From assembly GCF_964204645.1 (NCBI RefSeq), contig NC_134029.1, positions 21,632,950 through 21,696,949 on the forward strand: a DNA stretch of 64,000 nt, given 5' to 3'. The DNA comes from Tubulanus polymorphus. Its lineage: Eukaryota; Animalia; Nemertea. This document shows, piece by piece, positions 12,401-27,600 of the stretch. Position numbers and translations under genes: made by a program. How positions within the stretch are numbered: position 1 is the first letter of the stretch; each line of letters begins with the position of its first letter. The notes below the pieces were generated by a model. It was not told where the DNA came from and did not search any database. It saw only the letters and a program-made list of their open reading frames with translations.

Positions 12401-15400
12401 GAGGGTTCGACTCTGGGAAGCCAGGCGCAGTGGGCGAATGGTTGGAACGTTCGACTCTTTGAAGCCAGGCGGTGTGGTCGAATGGTTAGAACGTTCGACT
12501 CTGGGAAGCCAGGCGGTGTGGTCGAATGGTTAGAACGTTCGACTCTAGGAAGCCAGGCGGTGTGGTCGAATGGTTAGAACGTTCGACTCTGGGAAGCCAG
12601 GTCGTGGGTTTCGAACCCCGTACATTACCGTAGTGTCCTTGGACATGACACATCGCCTCTCTCCTCCCAGGTGTAAATGGGTACCTGGCCAGGTGGATGA
12701 CTCCTGAGCACCTAGCAGCTGCTCGGATGTTACTTCTCCCCAGGGAGACTAGATGACTTCTACATGAATAGAGTTAAAGGCTAGGGGTAATAATACCAAG
12801 TTTGAACAGACTCTAGTTTGGATACCTGCGCTATATAAACGACAGTTATTATTATTATTACCTACTGATATCCGAAAGCCTTGTTCATATTTTTCAAGGC
12901 GTCAAAAAACTTTCTGAAGTTAGTTTGCTCGTTCACGATTATATAGCTAGTTCTAGTTGTCGAACGTTCTCGTCATTTATAACCAGTTCGACGTCCTCGT
13001 CGACGCGGCGCTACATTTTCATTCTTCGTCATTCGATTAAACATTGTACGTGCGATATCAATCTTCTATAAACCCGTCGGACCGATCCCCGTCGCTCTGA
13101 CTGGTTAGGTCGTTAGCAAAAATGCTTTTCTTCAAGTTGATTGCGAGCGGTGTATACCGATATTCAATACAATGTGTTATTTATTTACAATTTCCTTTCT
13201 GCCAGACAATTTCCTGATGATAATGTTATCCGAAGGCCATGTCAGATTCGTGATGGATACCTGTAGTGTGTGAATGAAAATTGCTGGTGATTTCTCTCTT
13301 TTTTCAACTTTATTGGTGTCAACGAGTTGATAGTTCAGGCTGCTGAAATCGATCGAGCCCGACGCAGACGACGCAGGGGGGGGGGAAACGCGGAAATACG
13401 GAATCAAACATGTTTCAACTGAGAAATGTTGTTTCCTAAAACTGTGTTTCTTGTAAACACATGCAATACAGGAAAACAAACATGTTTCATTTCAGAAACA
13501 TTATCTCACTAAACGGTGTTTCTTGTTAAGGCACATGACAAAGGGAAACACAGAATGAAACATGTTTGATCTCAGAAATGTTGTTTCCCAAAACTGTGTA
13601 TCTTGTAAACTCACGCAATACAGGGAAACAAACATGTTGATGTCAGAAACATTACTTCACTAAACCCTGTTTCTTGCGTCAATGCACATGACACATGGAA
13701 ACACAGACTCAAACATGTTTGATCTATAAAACGTTTTTCCAAGACCATGTTTCTTATTTCTCTTAAATGCATAAGACACTCACACGCACAGAAACGCTCA
13801 GAAACATGTCTCCTGTTTCCATGTTTCCCTGCGTCGTGTGCTTCATTTTTACACCAAGTATTCTAGTTATTATTATGCGTCGATGGTTCGTATTTTCTGT
13901 ACCCGTCTTTATCGCGCTTGTTGAGTGTCGCATTTCCGAATTATCAAGACGCATTTTCGGTCGGTGATTATCATTTCTAGTTGATACGACGCCGGCGACG
14001 AAGACGGAGTTGAGTGTCGTAGGAAACCTGACGACTCAACTAACGTTTATACGTGATAGCTGCTGCTGCCGTGAGCTCGGTTTGACAGTAACATACCGAC
14101 ATCCTGCGAGACCCGTGAAGGCATAAGTTTCCGCGTTGTAATTGAATTTGATACGGTTGCCTGCAGGTTCTCGCGCCGTAAAGGTTGTATTTAATCACGG
14201 AGCAAAACGCTGCACGCTATGGTCCGTCCGTTCTCAGCGATTTTTCAATCGTCGCATAAACCCCGGTCCCTTCAGGAATTCCAAACTTTCTCGTCGATCC
14301 AATTAGAACAAAGCCTCGTTAGAAATTCTTAATTAAACTAATGGGTCCGAAGTCCGAAGAATTTCCTTTTATGATAACGTTTGGCGAAATTGATTTACGA
14401 CACATGTGATATATATATTTTATATATATATATATATATATGCATTTGAATTGTTCTCGATACAATCTTGCGCGGACTTGGATTTGATTAAAACAAGGGC
14501 GCAGCGGTTTCTCTCGCCGCAATCTGATATTATAACGAAGGTTAATATCCCGGAATTCCGAGGCTTATTTGGCCGGCTTAGTATTTAATAGTTGTTCAAT
14601 CGAGTTAAAAATATAGGCGTATTCTTTTTTAACCGCGTTTTTCACAGGAAATACTCGGGTTATATATTGAGCCACTTAATTCGCCGTTCGAATCGAGTAG
14701 ACTTTAATGCACCGTACGATCAGATTCTTCGAATATCATTCGCATATTTCGATCGACGGTGCGTGCATGGCGGGTCCGTATACAACGCGCAAGTATCAAA
14801 CCTACTCGACGTTTTTTTTTTTTCGTAGATTTTATTGATAGTTTTTTTTTTTCAGTGATGATGTTAATTACGCTAGTAAACGTTCGTTTGTTCGTTTAGC
14901 GGGGGTAGACTAAATAAAGTCTAAATCATTGCGCAATGTCGTCTGCTATACAATGTAAAGCCGTGTTCGCACTACGTTATAGAGAACAGTCGAAATTTGG
15001 CCATTTCCAGTTTGGAACGGACCAAGTGTTCACAATTCACACTATCAAAAAGTCCATCTTAGACGGTTCCAATTTGGACCAACTTATAAGACCAATCCTC
15101 CTGGCCCATTCTAAATTTTGCCACAGATGTAATCTACGTGTATGGACAGAAGCTGGTTCCTGGTCCGTTCTAAATTGTACTCAGCTGTATGAACTCAATT
15201 CTAATGAACTGGTCACCAATTCGATGATTAATATAGTTACGTTAATAAAGTTTTCAGATTTCGTATAATTTCTCTATGGCCTTAGAATTTATGTACAATC
15301 TAACGGAAAATTGTTTATCTTAAAATCTGTCTATTACGTGTGTCGCCTGTTAAAAATTTGGTACGTTCCAAGTACCGACTCATTTAGAACGGTCTAACAA

Positions 15401-18400
15401 GTTGTAGTGTCAACGCGCCTAGACTGAAGTAGGCGGGCGAGATTTTCATAGAAGCAGTTGCTGGAAACTCGTATTAATATCTGCTATATTCCCTACTGAT
15501 CGACGTAAAGGACAAACTGTGCACGTTTTTTCATGGAAATGTAACGAAAAAGATACATCATCAGACACGCACACGCATGATACATTAGATCGGTAATAAA
15601 ACTGTCTTTGATATCGGCGACATTTAAAATGAATCATTTATCTGGTCTGTGCCAGCTACGGCTGAACTGATTGCGTTAAAAACAGATATCTGGAGAAATT
15701 ATTTAAACATTTATCCCTCGAGCTGCTGCCACCCTATACATTTTTGCCGTAGCAGCCATTTTTATAGTCCAACAAAGACTGTGAGTGTGACCAATGTATT
15801 TACATATCAGCCATGAAGTAAACTTTTTGTCCGTGCAAATGCAGCAATTATTATTTATTTCGACATTCGATTTCTTAAAAGTAATGAATTCAATTTTGTG
15901 TATAAGCGCGCGCACACTACGGAAACCGACTAGCGGAATTGTAACTAGACTAGTAAATACATCCATCAATTGTAATCAATTGGATTACGCCTGGAACACA
16001 CGCAATGACTTCCTGTTAATTCAACTTATGGCTCATAAAACTGAAAACAGATTTGCTCGTGTATTACAACTGATTTTATAACCCTAAGCGGTACTGATAT
16101 AACCCCCAACTGTAACTTAACAGTAATCTCCCGACAGAATTATTACTGTGTTATTCCACCAGCGAAATAGATTTTGTGTTTCTAGACCCTGCTACTGTGT
16201 TTCGTAATCCCTTCTCGACCTTGAAGTCGCATTTACATTATCACCATAATCTGGGTCTAAAATATTGCCCCCCAGGGGCCAAACTAACAGGCTGCAGGCG
16301 GCAGAAATTCTGATCCTTTATATCCGCCATAATACCAATCAAATGAAGGCATAAACAGGTATTCCTCTCTTCACTTAAATAAATGGAGCCAAATCCCGGA
16401 CTACTGAAGTTAGTCCTTGCACATTTTGCCTGCACCTGGATTGGGCTAACTTGGAACATACCAAATCATTGATGTGCGTTCACACAGGTTTTTAAATCAG
16501 CGGTTACCACTGGTCCAGCTAGACACAGCTTCAATTGACTGGCAATTAAAGCAAAGTTTCTATTCACACATGGTCCATTCTAAGGAAAGGAGCTGGATTG
16601 GTCATTTTGGCTGGTCTGAATTGGTCTGTTCTAATATGGAAAGGACCACCAGTACAGAACACAATTTTTCGCTTATGTGAACGCTAGGTTACTTCTGAAT
16701 TGGAACGGACCAAATTTAGAACATCCCGTGACTTCTTTCTTATCTCTTTCAGGCCATCTTCACCGCAGTGCGGTGTATAAATCAGCGATGAACTTCACTA
16801 GTACACCGCATTGTGGTGTATTGATTTTATTAGTAATAAGTTTTTATTTCTATTGAAAGATGGGACCTGTCAAACAGTGAAATACTAGTAACTAACAATA
16901 CACCGCATCAGGCACTATAGTGTTATTCAACACACTGGGGTGGAATTTTTGAAAGATTTTCAAATTATCCGCAGCACTTTCAGGTATCAATTAGTAGTGG
17001 TTAAAAGATGTGCCAGTTTAGTCAAAATCTAGTCCATTTTTCTAGTCCAGTAATCATATATCAGTCATTGATCATCGAAACTGTTCGCGGAAACGCTCTT
17101 CAGGAATATGAATGATACTCGACAACCACTCGTCGCATTAACTCATATGATGTTTCTATTGTAGATTGTGAACCGATAGAGACGTTATTTCATTTCGCTG
17201 CGCGTTGGGGATTAGAGAAATTGACGGGATTCCTGTGTAATCGACATCGCGACGGTTTACGCGCACTAACCGTGAGAAATCGAGATGGAGAATCACCTCG
17301 CGACATCGCACGAGATTACGGATACGATAAGTTAGCGAAATTTATCGAATTCATCGAAAGGTAAGGCGTTTATGGCTTATGCCATGATATTGTATGAAAA
17401 GTGTTACGACCTGACAAGTCATAAGCCGCGTTCATACTACGCTTTAGATGACGTTTTTAATTTGGCCCGTTCCACTCAAGAACATAAGTGAAAAATCTGT
17501 GCTAAATTGGTCTGTTTCAATGGATCAATTTGAGCCGCGATCACATGGAGACCCATTTGGCCCTGCCAAATTGGCACAGTTCGGGCCCCAGTCAAATTTG
17601 ACCAGTTCCTAATTAGAGAATGCGTTCACACGCAAACCACTTACTAGACTTTGGCCCGGGCTAAAAATGCTCATGTGATCGCGGCTTTAGACCAACCAAA
17701 AAGACTGATTCAGGTCCACTCTTCAGAACAGACTATTTCTACGTGTGTGTGAATAGAAACTTTTTTGTCAGTTGATCACAGTGTTGTGTCTAGCTGGACT
17801 AGTGATATCAGCTGACTGAATGTGTGGACATGCATCATCATCTTAGTCCATTCCAGGTACGGGCCAAATAAGAACAGACTAACTGACGTTATTGTGAATG
17901 TGGCTATAAATGCGTATGAATTCTATTATCGATTGTAGAATTTTTCATCCAAATCAGGCGTTCCGAATCCGTTCGAATTTTCATAACGAAAGCGACGTTT
18001 TCAATATTGGCTTCGTGCCTCGTAATCCCACGCAATAATATCTAATAATAAACTATCAGTTGCCTGTGGGATATCATTCTCTCTCTCATTCTCTCTCTCA
18101 TTCTCTCTCTCATTCTCTCTCTGATGGAGACATTTCTATATTATTGTATTGTTATGTGTGACTTCGTAATATATCAGCAGCATTATAAGAATATACAGCT
18201 CGAGGCGTAAACCAAAACGCTCGATCGCTGTGTTAACTGTATAAATCGTCACCAAGCGATCGGTAGATAACCCGATAAACAGTCAACCTTCAATTTTGTC
18301 GAAGATCGACACGAATTTACCGGTAGATAAAAAGTTCGATTGATAATTAATCTAGTAGTGAGTAGTGTACGACACGGTTTTCTGATGAAGGCTTCGTCGT

Positions 18401-21400
18401 TCGCGCCGTACGTTTATTAATCGAGAAACACTTCAAAAAAACAATCATCGTATGATTGATATCACTTCAGTCGCGAGGAGAGCAATCGTGGATGTGAACT
18501 GTGACGTCGTCGATATTGTGTGACACTTATCCCGTCGTCGTCCGCCGGAACGGGTATTAGTTCCGTATTTGTTCAGTGCGTTCTCGTTTTTCAGCCATGT
18601 CGATGGTGCTTCGCTGCCATTACAGCAACACCGATCATCGGAAACCAAGAATACAGTAGTCGACGCCGAGGCTGTGATCGAGAATTTGGATGGTGGACTC
18701 GTGTCATTGAGAATCACCGGCAAACAATCGAATCAAAGAATAGGTAAGAAAGGGTGTCGTATTGTTCTAGCAGGAATTGCGTGATCGCTGCTTCTGCAAA
18801 AAAGGTTTTGCAGAAAAGATCTTCTTAAGACTGTCTGTACCAGCTGACGGCCTGCTACTACGACGCAAGTTTTCTACGGTCGTCTATCTGTTAATAGCCG
18901 TGTCTTCTTCAACTTATCTTTCGTCGCTAATAAGATAAAATCGATGTAACACGACATGTGAATTATCTTAACGCGGCGAAAGCATCGCCCTCCCCGCCCC
19001 TCGCCCCCCTCCCCACGAATAACCTCTTATTCAGATGTATCATGATATCTGTTATCGATCGTAATTCAAAAGTCGTATTTTAAATTTGATGCGCGTTCAC
19101 AATTATAGCTAGGTGTTAAAATCGGTCTGATCAATAAATCTGTCCTCGATTCAATTTCGAAGAACGATTGAGTTAACTTTGACCGGCATTTTAACAGATT
19201 CGATTACGCTGGATCTGAACGTGAAAATTTCCCTCCGCGTCGTAATTAGATGATCGGGCTCGCGGCTTCTGCCTCATATATACCCGGTACTCGGCAGTCG
19301 TTCGTTTTCTTTTCATATAGAAGAGGATATCGACAAATTGAAACAGGCCACGAATTCGATGATGGATCCATCGTCTGCGCCTCGCGTCGATGTAGACCAC
19401 GCGTACGAGACGTCCGGCCCGAAACGACGAACGATGCCGCCGAAGAACACGACGCCGAGACGACGTTATTCGCCGCCCGATCGACACATGTCGTTTCCCG
19501 ATCAATTAACGGATAAACGAGATACGAATATGTTACCGTTCCGGCGAATATCGTCACCGGATCCGCCTTATATATCGCAGGCTATTAACATTCCGAACTC
19601 GCCACAACAAGTCCGCTCATATTCAGGTAAGAAGAACCCTCCTGCAAACTGAAAATCTATTACGTTCGAGTATGAAGTGGCTGATTCTGAGAAGAAGCTC
19701 ATTCAACGCGTCACGCAATACAGCATATCTTCACGCTGAAGGGTTTCTTCTCACAGCTCTTAACTTTTTTTAAAGGTTTGTCTATTCAGTTCTTACTTAT
19801 CCATGCATGATAAGAGGCTGTAATATTCCTATTTTCTCTGACATCAAGTAGAATGCAACATTCCCCGCATTGATGCACGAATAAACTAGTTTATATGTAC
19901 ATTCTCATCTAAGAGATACCTAGTTAATACGACTGTGTCCTCTACACAAATGGTAGACATCATACAGGCTAGCTGGCTAGTATACTAGTATGTATACTGC
20001 CCAAATATATACCTAACCCTATGTCAGCTGACACTTGGTGACATCATAAACCTAGCCGCCCAATCAAATCATCTGGGCACTAGTGACATCATCATTTACT
20101 GGCCAATCAGATCACCTGACACCTGGTGACATCATAACCCCAGCTAGCCAATCAGATCACCTGACACCTGGTGACGTCATAACCCCAACTGGCCACTCAT
20201 AACTTCTAAAAGATGAAAATCCTAGTACATGAACTTCACAAGAGCTGACATGTGTATTAACCACTCATGACTGATCACAAAAGTCACAAGTGACTAAGTA
20301 GTAGGACATATCCGCTATCAGAATTGTAGAATTATACCACGCTAGTACATATTACTAAGACTGCCGTTAGAAATGCTGACGGGATTTGTGAAAAGAGTAC
20401 ACCACAAAAAAAACCAATATTTGTCAGCAACAACTCCTTCCACCGTCTGACCTTTTCCCTGGAGATAAATGCGGTTGTAGGAAACCTAATCGATTGGAAA
20501 AAGGTTTTGGGAGAATATCTGATACGATACTAGACCGCAGTCTGAAATACATGGACGTTCATACCACACTGAATACTGCAGTATAGACATCTTCATTCCT
20601 TAGAACCCTCAAAAATACAAATAAAAGATGCAATATGTTTTTAGCTATTGTCAAAGATAAATCTTGAGATCAGTGATTCCGAACATTGTTGAAAATTCGA
20701 TCGAATATTCTACATTTCAGATACAACTTCTTGCGATAGCAATAGTGACGAGGATGAAAGTGACGTCGATGCTAAACATACCCCTCCGGTACAGCATTCA
20801 TATAGAATCTATCAGGCTCAACAACGACCGACTCAACTGCGTCGTCAGTCTACTGAACCCGCTCAGTCGGATTATACTCGTAGAAAAAACATTCCTTCCA
20901 TTGAATTAGCTTCGCCTTCTGGAACTACTAAAATACTAGGTAATTGTTGTGAAAAATCATTTCGAAAATTTTTTTGTTACGGGTCGTAAATCCGGTAAGC
21001 AGTAATATAGAAAATCCCATGCTAAGAATGAAAATAAAGTCTGAGATCTTTCCTTGAGCTAGTAGTTTTTTCAACGTGTCATTCTAATAGACATCCTGAG
21101 GAATACTGGGATTACTGAAGATGACTATTAGAATGTAGACGAAACATTGAATAAACTACTCCCTTAGTGTGGGATTTTTAGAATTATCATCGCAACTTGG
21201 ATCGAAGGAGTGTTTCATCGATGATTATTAGTTTTCAGCGCATCGGAATATATTGAGATGATAAAGATCAAGTCTGTATGTTATTACTGTTACGGCATAG
21301 TTGCTTCAATCCCTATTTCATCAATCAAAGTTTATGTCGTTTTGATTGTATGTTACTTTAAATAAACTCGATAAACGGTTGGCGGTGTTGTGTATGACGA

Positions 21401-21571
21401 CGTTTCTACGGCTACGCGCGCTCGCTACACTTTTAGTTCGCATTTATATTCCCAGATGGCATCGCGGTTATTCGTAATGAAAGGCGACGCAATGACGCGG
21501 CGATCGTATTATCATCACACCCCAGGGCAGGGCTACGATATCCAGGGTATCCAGGGTCGTTTATTGTTCTC

Positions 21572-21623
<52 letters not shown>

Positions 21624-24600
21624 CTTATGTGTGTCATCATTATTGCCGTCTATCTGTGAGTTACAGCGTGTCTCATAGGAAACACTTTAATTACATTCAT
21701 CAACCAACTCAAACAAAACACTGACAGTTACAGCAAACCTGTTTCTTTATTCTACCATGAACTGTGCACACCAAACGTGTACTTTACGTATTATTACCTT
21801 TTTCCATCAAAATCCCCTCTAAATTTTTTTCATTTCTCTACAACAAGTGTAGAACGACGAGGGTTACAGTTTTTTTGAACGGGCGTCCGAAATTCCGCGA
21901 ATTCGCGCAAAAATCGGTGAGAATTCAGAGACCCGAGAACGCGTGTTTTTATATCGTTCAGATTATCCCCGGGTTTATGTCGAGCTTTATCAAGGTTTCG
22001 CAAATTATGACCGCTCCTCTCACGAGCGAGTAGCGAATTAGCAATCGGTTTTACCGAGTTCATGACTCTCTAACTCTCTCGCAAACAGTGTAAAGATAAT
22101 TCACGCGACGTGCACTAATTAACGAATTGATGGCTATTCCGTGAAACCTCTATTTTCTGAACGCGCAAGGATTTACCGGGGTAATTGAAGACCGGAAAGC
22201 AGCGTCGACGGCCGATTTTCGTTCTTATTTTAATTAACGATTTACTAGTTATTCGGCGAAAAGCAGTTTTCTTCACTACGCCTCTCTCTCCGGCCGCTAG
22301 AAGAAGTTATTATCGTCGATAGTGCGGGTAAAGAGTAGCGCGTTGTTGTTATGATAGTATCCGGGTTTTTGCTCATTTCGTGGTTAACGCTTGTAATCAC
22401 TAAGTTATCGCGATTGTTCCGCAGTCATATTTACATTGTTTCTAGCGGCGCGTGTTGTTAGTTGGTTACTATCTGATTACTATTAACGCGTTGTTGTCGG
22501 ATATACATTTACTCTACCCGACCATCAGTTCATTCAGTTTTCTCCGCTTAGAAGGTAAGAAGAAATGGGTGAAAAAAAATGAGCGAGAAAAAAAAAACTT
22601 TCTTCGCGAACCGACGCGGAAAAAATGTGACCACAATTATCGAAGTGGAATTTTCGTGGAATTTTCATCTCTTCCTGTTACATTTACTTAGAGTGATTGG
22701 AATCGCAGTTATTTCAATGATGTTCTCTTAAAAGTGTAATCGTTTATATTGAATGTTTGTTGTTGATATTTTTCTTTGCAGAAGAGAGCATTCAACAAGC
22801 CCATAATATCACAGAAAGCATATTACAAAATAAACATTCCAATCCGTATCAAAACACTGTACAGGTAAGTACATTTCTTCCAACCTCAACACTGAGGGTA
22901 TAGGCAGTGAGAGGGCAAAGATAGTTTTTGGAGCAATCAGACTGATATCCTGTGGCTGGTTCCATAGTTGAGTCTAAGTCCAAAAATCTTAAGACTGTTC
23001 TTAAGCTGGGTTCCATAGTAGAGTCTAAGTCCAAAAATCTAAAGACTGGTCTTAAGCTGTTAGATTAGCTATAGAATTAAGAAAGCCGTGACTGTGAAAC
23101 ATATGCATTTCACCACCATCTCAAAATTAAATAAGTACATTTTCAATGAAATCTTCAATAAATGATCTCTACTTTCATACTTAGACTAATAACTGATGAA
23201 GTGGGCCGTGGGCACGATCAACCTTAAAGGTCTAATGGGAAAATCGAATAGACTGTGCGGACACTAGGCATGTTGATGATTCGTGTCCATTCAAAGAAAA
23301 GCTGAATGAAAGGCCAAAGGGGATACCGTCATCAACAGGTTTTTTCAGAACATTTTCCGTGAAAATCATGAATGTAGGCTATCTGAGTACTGGATGCAGG
23401 GAGCTATTTACAGCTCTTTGTACTTCTCAGATTAGATGGTATTTTCCGCGCTATTTCCGATGCCTGATTCTGATAATCCCTGTGAAAACCGAAGCCTTAC
23501 TATCTGCAATTAAAACAAGCAACTGGTCGCTCTCTCTCTCCCTCCTGAATGGAGAAAACAGAAAATCGTTGCTCCGATGATTCTGCGTTGAACCCCCAGA
23601 GGAGAGCCACATAAATGAAGTCAGCCAGCCGGGTACTAATGACATCGTTACACTAGTAAACTCATTCACTCTACTCATAATTACATCTGATGATTCTCAT
23701 AGTTTATAGTTTCATGAACTTCGCTCATTACGATAATCAATTAGGTTTTCCTTCGGCACCCCGAAAAGAACGCTTCCGAAAAAGTAACTCGACCGAACCG
23801 AGTATTGAACTGAGTAATGAGGGTTTCTTCGTCGGTACGAATGATCTCGAATCTTTCATGTGGTGAATATCGCTCCATCGCGACAACGACGACGACGACG
23901 TTTTTCAATTTATTTTGTTTGTGCGATTTTTTCGCGATATTGAGACAGTTATCATAACCATGGAAACGGGAATTGTTCACGAATACAGAAACGGATTACG
24001 TAAGACTTGAAACCGTTAGCGACGGTTGAGTAAAGATCAAAAACGAAGAAAATTCTAGCGTAAGCTGTGATCAGACTGAGAGAGGGAGATGATTTCGCCC
24101 GGGTCAGATCCGAGTCAAATCTGGCCCGTACCTAATTAGAGAGCGCATTCACATGTAAACCGCAAACTCGATACTAAACAAAGTTGTGATTAAGCGAAGT
24201 CAAGTCACTTCCAGAACCTCAATTCAGCAATTCACCAGCAATATTTTGCCCGTGCTTGAATTTGGCACGGGCCTGATACATAATTTTTGGTTCGGCCAAA
24301 TTCAAGTAGCTTATCTAGTATCCGTGTGAACAGTTAGCCTGTGCATGGCTCGGGCGAAAGACGCTTGTCTGCTCGCGGCTATACACATGGCATCGAAAAA
24401 TTCGCTCAAGATTTGAGGCTTGTGGTCAGTTGTATTGCTGCCGACATTAGACTCTGTGAAATCAAAGCAGTTCTAGTAATGGTCCACTTGTCACGCGTAT
24501 ACCCCACTCTTTCACTCTCAAAGAAAACTCCATTAGCTGTTTCTTTTTTTTTAAGAAGGCATTTTCTTGAGAAGTCTTAGCAATGTTGTGTTGCGGATTG

Positions 24601-27600
24601 AAAGTGTTTTGTATTTCAACCAGGACAAGCGGCGAACGATTTCTGACGAAACTCCTTCGTTCGGTTCCTTATCCTTTACGTCGAAAATCAGCGGTGGTTC
24701 TCGTTCTTCGAACTTTGCAACATTTTTTCATCTTTGAAAAAGAAGCTGCTCGTCTGAAATTTGTTGAATCATCGGGTTGTTCGCTCGAACAGTTCACATC
24801 CGTCGCACTACAGCCGGTGGTGATGATTTGGAAGCGCTGTACACGGTACCGACGGTAAGTTGCCACTGATTTTAGAGGATGAATTAAAGCCGTGATCTCA
24901 CGATGATTTTTGGCTCAAGTCGAACTGGCCCGGACCACGCCCGAGTCATATTTGGCTCGTGCTCAATTGGAGAGCGCGTTTACATGTAAATCACTCACTC
25001 GTCACTAAGATTGATATCAAAATGATGCTGCGGCAAGCAAGGTGAGTCACTTCCAGAACCAGTTAACATTTAATCAGAATAGTATGACCTGTCCTACAAT
25101 TTGGCACTCGCCTGGTCCGAGATTTTCGGTCATGGACCTCTTCGGCACCGGTGTAAACGGTTAGCCCTGGTCAAAAAATGCTTGTGTGATCACGACTTGA
25201 TAGTTTATTGTCATGAATCGACTTGTCTCTGTGAGGATTAGGTGCTACTACGAACTGTAAGTTATAACTGATACAGTTGTAAACGTCAGTAAAGCCTTCA
25301 AGCGGTTACTCCCTGTAACATCTAATGAATTGTGTTGGCATGACTTATCTCTCAATGTTTGTAATGGACAAATGATATTTTCTGTCGTTGCCCAAGTGAA
25401 TCCAGAAGAGATATGGCTTCCGGACTAATCCGTAATGTCCGAATCAATCAATGACTCTTAGAGTCTAATGGTATCGAGGGGTATTTGATGTCTCGCTGCT
25501 GGTGGCTGACTCGAAGTTACATATGTTGGTCTTATTATGTAGGCTTCAACTGTTTGCGTCTGTGGATGTAAGGTTTTAAGTTGGTGATAGAGGAAAATAG
25601 AGATCAACAATCTGAACATTGCTATATCTTTAGAGCATGAATTTAGTTCATTCGTTCGATTTTCGGCGAAGAATACCATTTGATTTTCGAAACGTCTACA
25701 TATAACAAACTATAAAAAAGTAATGAATGTTTTTGAGTGATAAATTGAGCGCGGTGTCAAAATATAAAAAGCGATTCCTTCGATGTTTCATTTAATGCTT
25801 TATTTGCAGTCTATAAAACTGTCGTCTAAATTGGTCGATAGTCAGTTTCGACGGTGGAGTTCTGTCATTGATTGTATATGTAAGAGAGGCAAATGTCATC
25901 ATTTTATTGCATCAGTAGCCATTATAGGATGCTTCGAATCACCTGAGGCTATGTGATAAAACTGTTTAAGCTCTGCCAGAGCAGCCGGATGCTGCAAAAA
26001 TGCTATTGCAGCGACTACGTCGAGGATGAAACCTACGAGCAACGTTATCGAGAATTGATCTCTTCAGAAACAAATTATGCTACGTAAAGAAGTCAAACGA
26101 TAGTCATTCTATTATCTGTTTTTCTACCCATGTTTTAAAAGTAAACGAATACTTTGAAAACTGTAGAAAATATTTTGTAGATAAGTCATGATCGTACAAG
26201 GTTATTAACCATTGATAAAAAGAACTATATCCGTGTTGTGATGATAATGTGTAGAGAATCCCACAATGATACAGAAACAATTTATATCAAGTCTAAAAAT
26301 GTTTCCTCTAGCTACAGTAGTATATTAAACGTTTCAACTATTTTCTAAAAGTCATCTCAGGAATACTGTATTCCCGGAGATGACTATTAGGACCGTTTTA
26401 GTCATTCAAACCGGTGCCAATAGCAGGCCTGTGCCTGTTTGACATGGACCAAAATGCGGCCTCACAAAAAAACTTCAGACCAGGCCTGTGGAAGTGATTC
26501 ACCTCGCTTGCCACAGCATTTTATGGCATTTTAGTAATTTAACATTGAGTGATTTATGTGCAAACACGCTCTCTGCAATCAGACACTGGCCCAATCAAAT
26601 GATCAATATCTACAGATCTTTCATAGATTCAACAAAATTTCTATTATTTTATGTTCCATTTCACGTCTTCCTCGTACAGATGGGTGGGCAGACGGACGGA
26701 CAGACGTTCGGGCGGATGGACGGGTGGATACTCGCTGCCAATATTCGAGCTGCTTTCGTTCCAACCCCCAGACGACAGCAATATTAGATTTTCAATGTAG
26801 TATTATAATCATGAGATTATGTATCCAAGGTAACTGATGAAATTATCGAGATTAATCAGCGCGCACCCCGTCGAAGCCGTGTATAACCTGCGGGTTTACC
26901 GGGCTACTTAATAATTCCTCCTCTACTTCAGCGTTCAGCGTTCTCATTTTTCCTCGACGTTCCTTTCGCGAAACGACGGCTCGAGCCCGTTAAGTAACGC
27001 GACGCCAATCGGATAAGAATCATACAGAATGAGAACGAGCTGCGTTAAAATTTCATGCTAAGTGGTTGCGATTTGTTCATCCATTCTTTCCGGTTTTCGA
27101 TGGAGTTGGAAGTGGTCAAACGTGGTTCTGCATACAGAATGATCAGGGGTGGATTCAGGAGCGCGTGGCGACTCGAGTCAAGTAAAAAAGGACACTTTCC
27201 AGAAAAATCACACATTTTTAGACCGCATCACACGGTCGCGAAATCTATTTTGAACGATATATTTTTCAAAGAATTTCAAAATCTAGTAGAGTAGCCGCAC
27301 TATTCATACTACGCATAAAACGTGGCGAATAGATAATATGATAGAAACCCACTTTGCACAAATTTGAAAGTATTATTAAAAAAATTTGAAATTAAATTGA
27401 AAATTTTTTTGACTACAAATGTAGTTATTTTCTTCTTAGATTTGTACATAGTGGGTTTTTATCATAATTTCAAACCAGGTATGATGAGGGTAGTACCCAC
27501 ATCTCATTGAATGATTAACTATAGCTATTAACATTTTTGAAAGGGCATCTAAAAAGATTCCGACCGTGTTTTCCAACACAGTTCACCCTACTGATAATTA

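Noticed and set aside
11558-12577. Repetitive ORFs MVRTFDSGKPGG...
   Set aside because: Translation artefacts of the 44-bp array.
11368-12599. CRISPR array
   Set aside because: The units are contiguous with no unique spacers, there are no cas genes, the context is a eukaryotic intron, and the unit is a SINE tRNA head.
12556-12625. Functional tRNA gene (anticodon CTG)
   Set aside because: The anticodon stem does not pair (TTCGA vs AAGCC), there is no acceptor-stem complement, and it continues into a SINE body.
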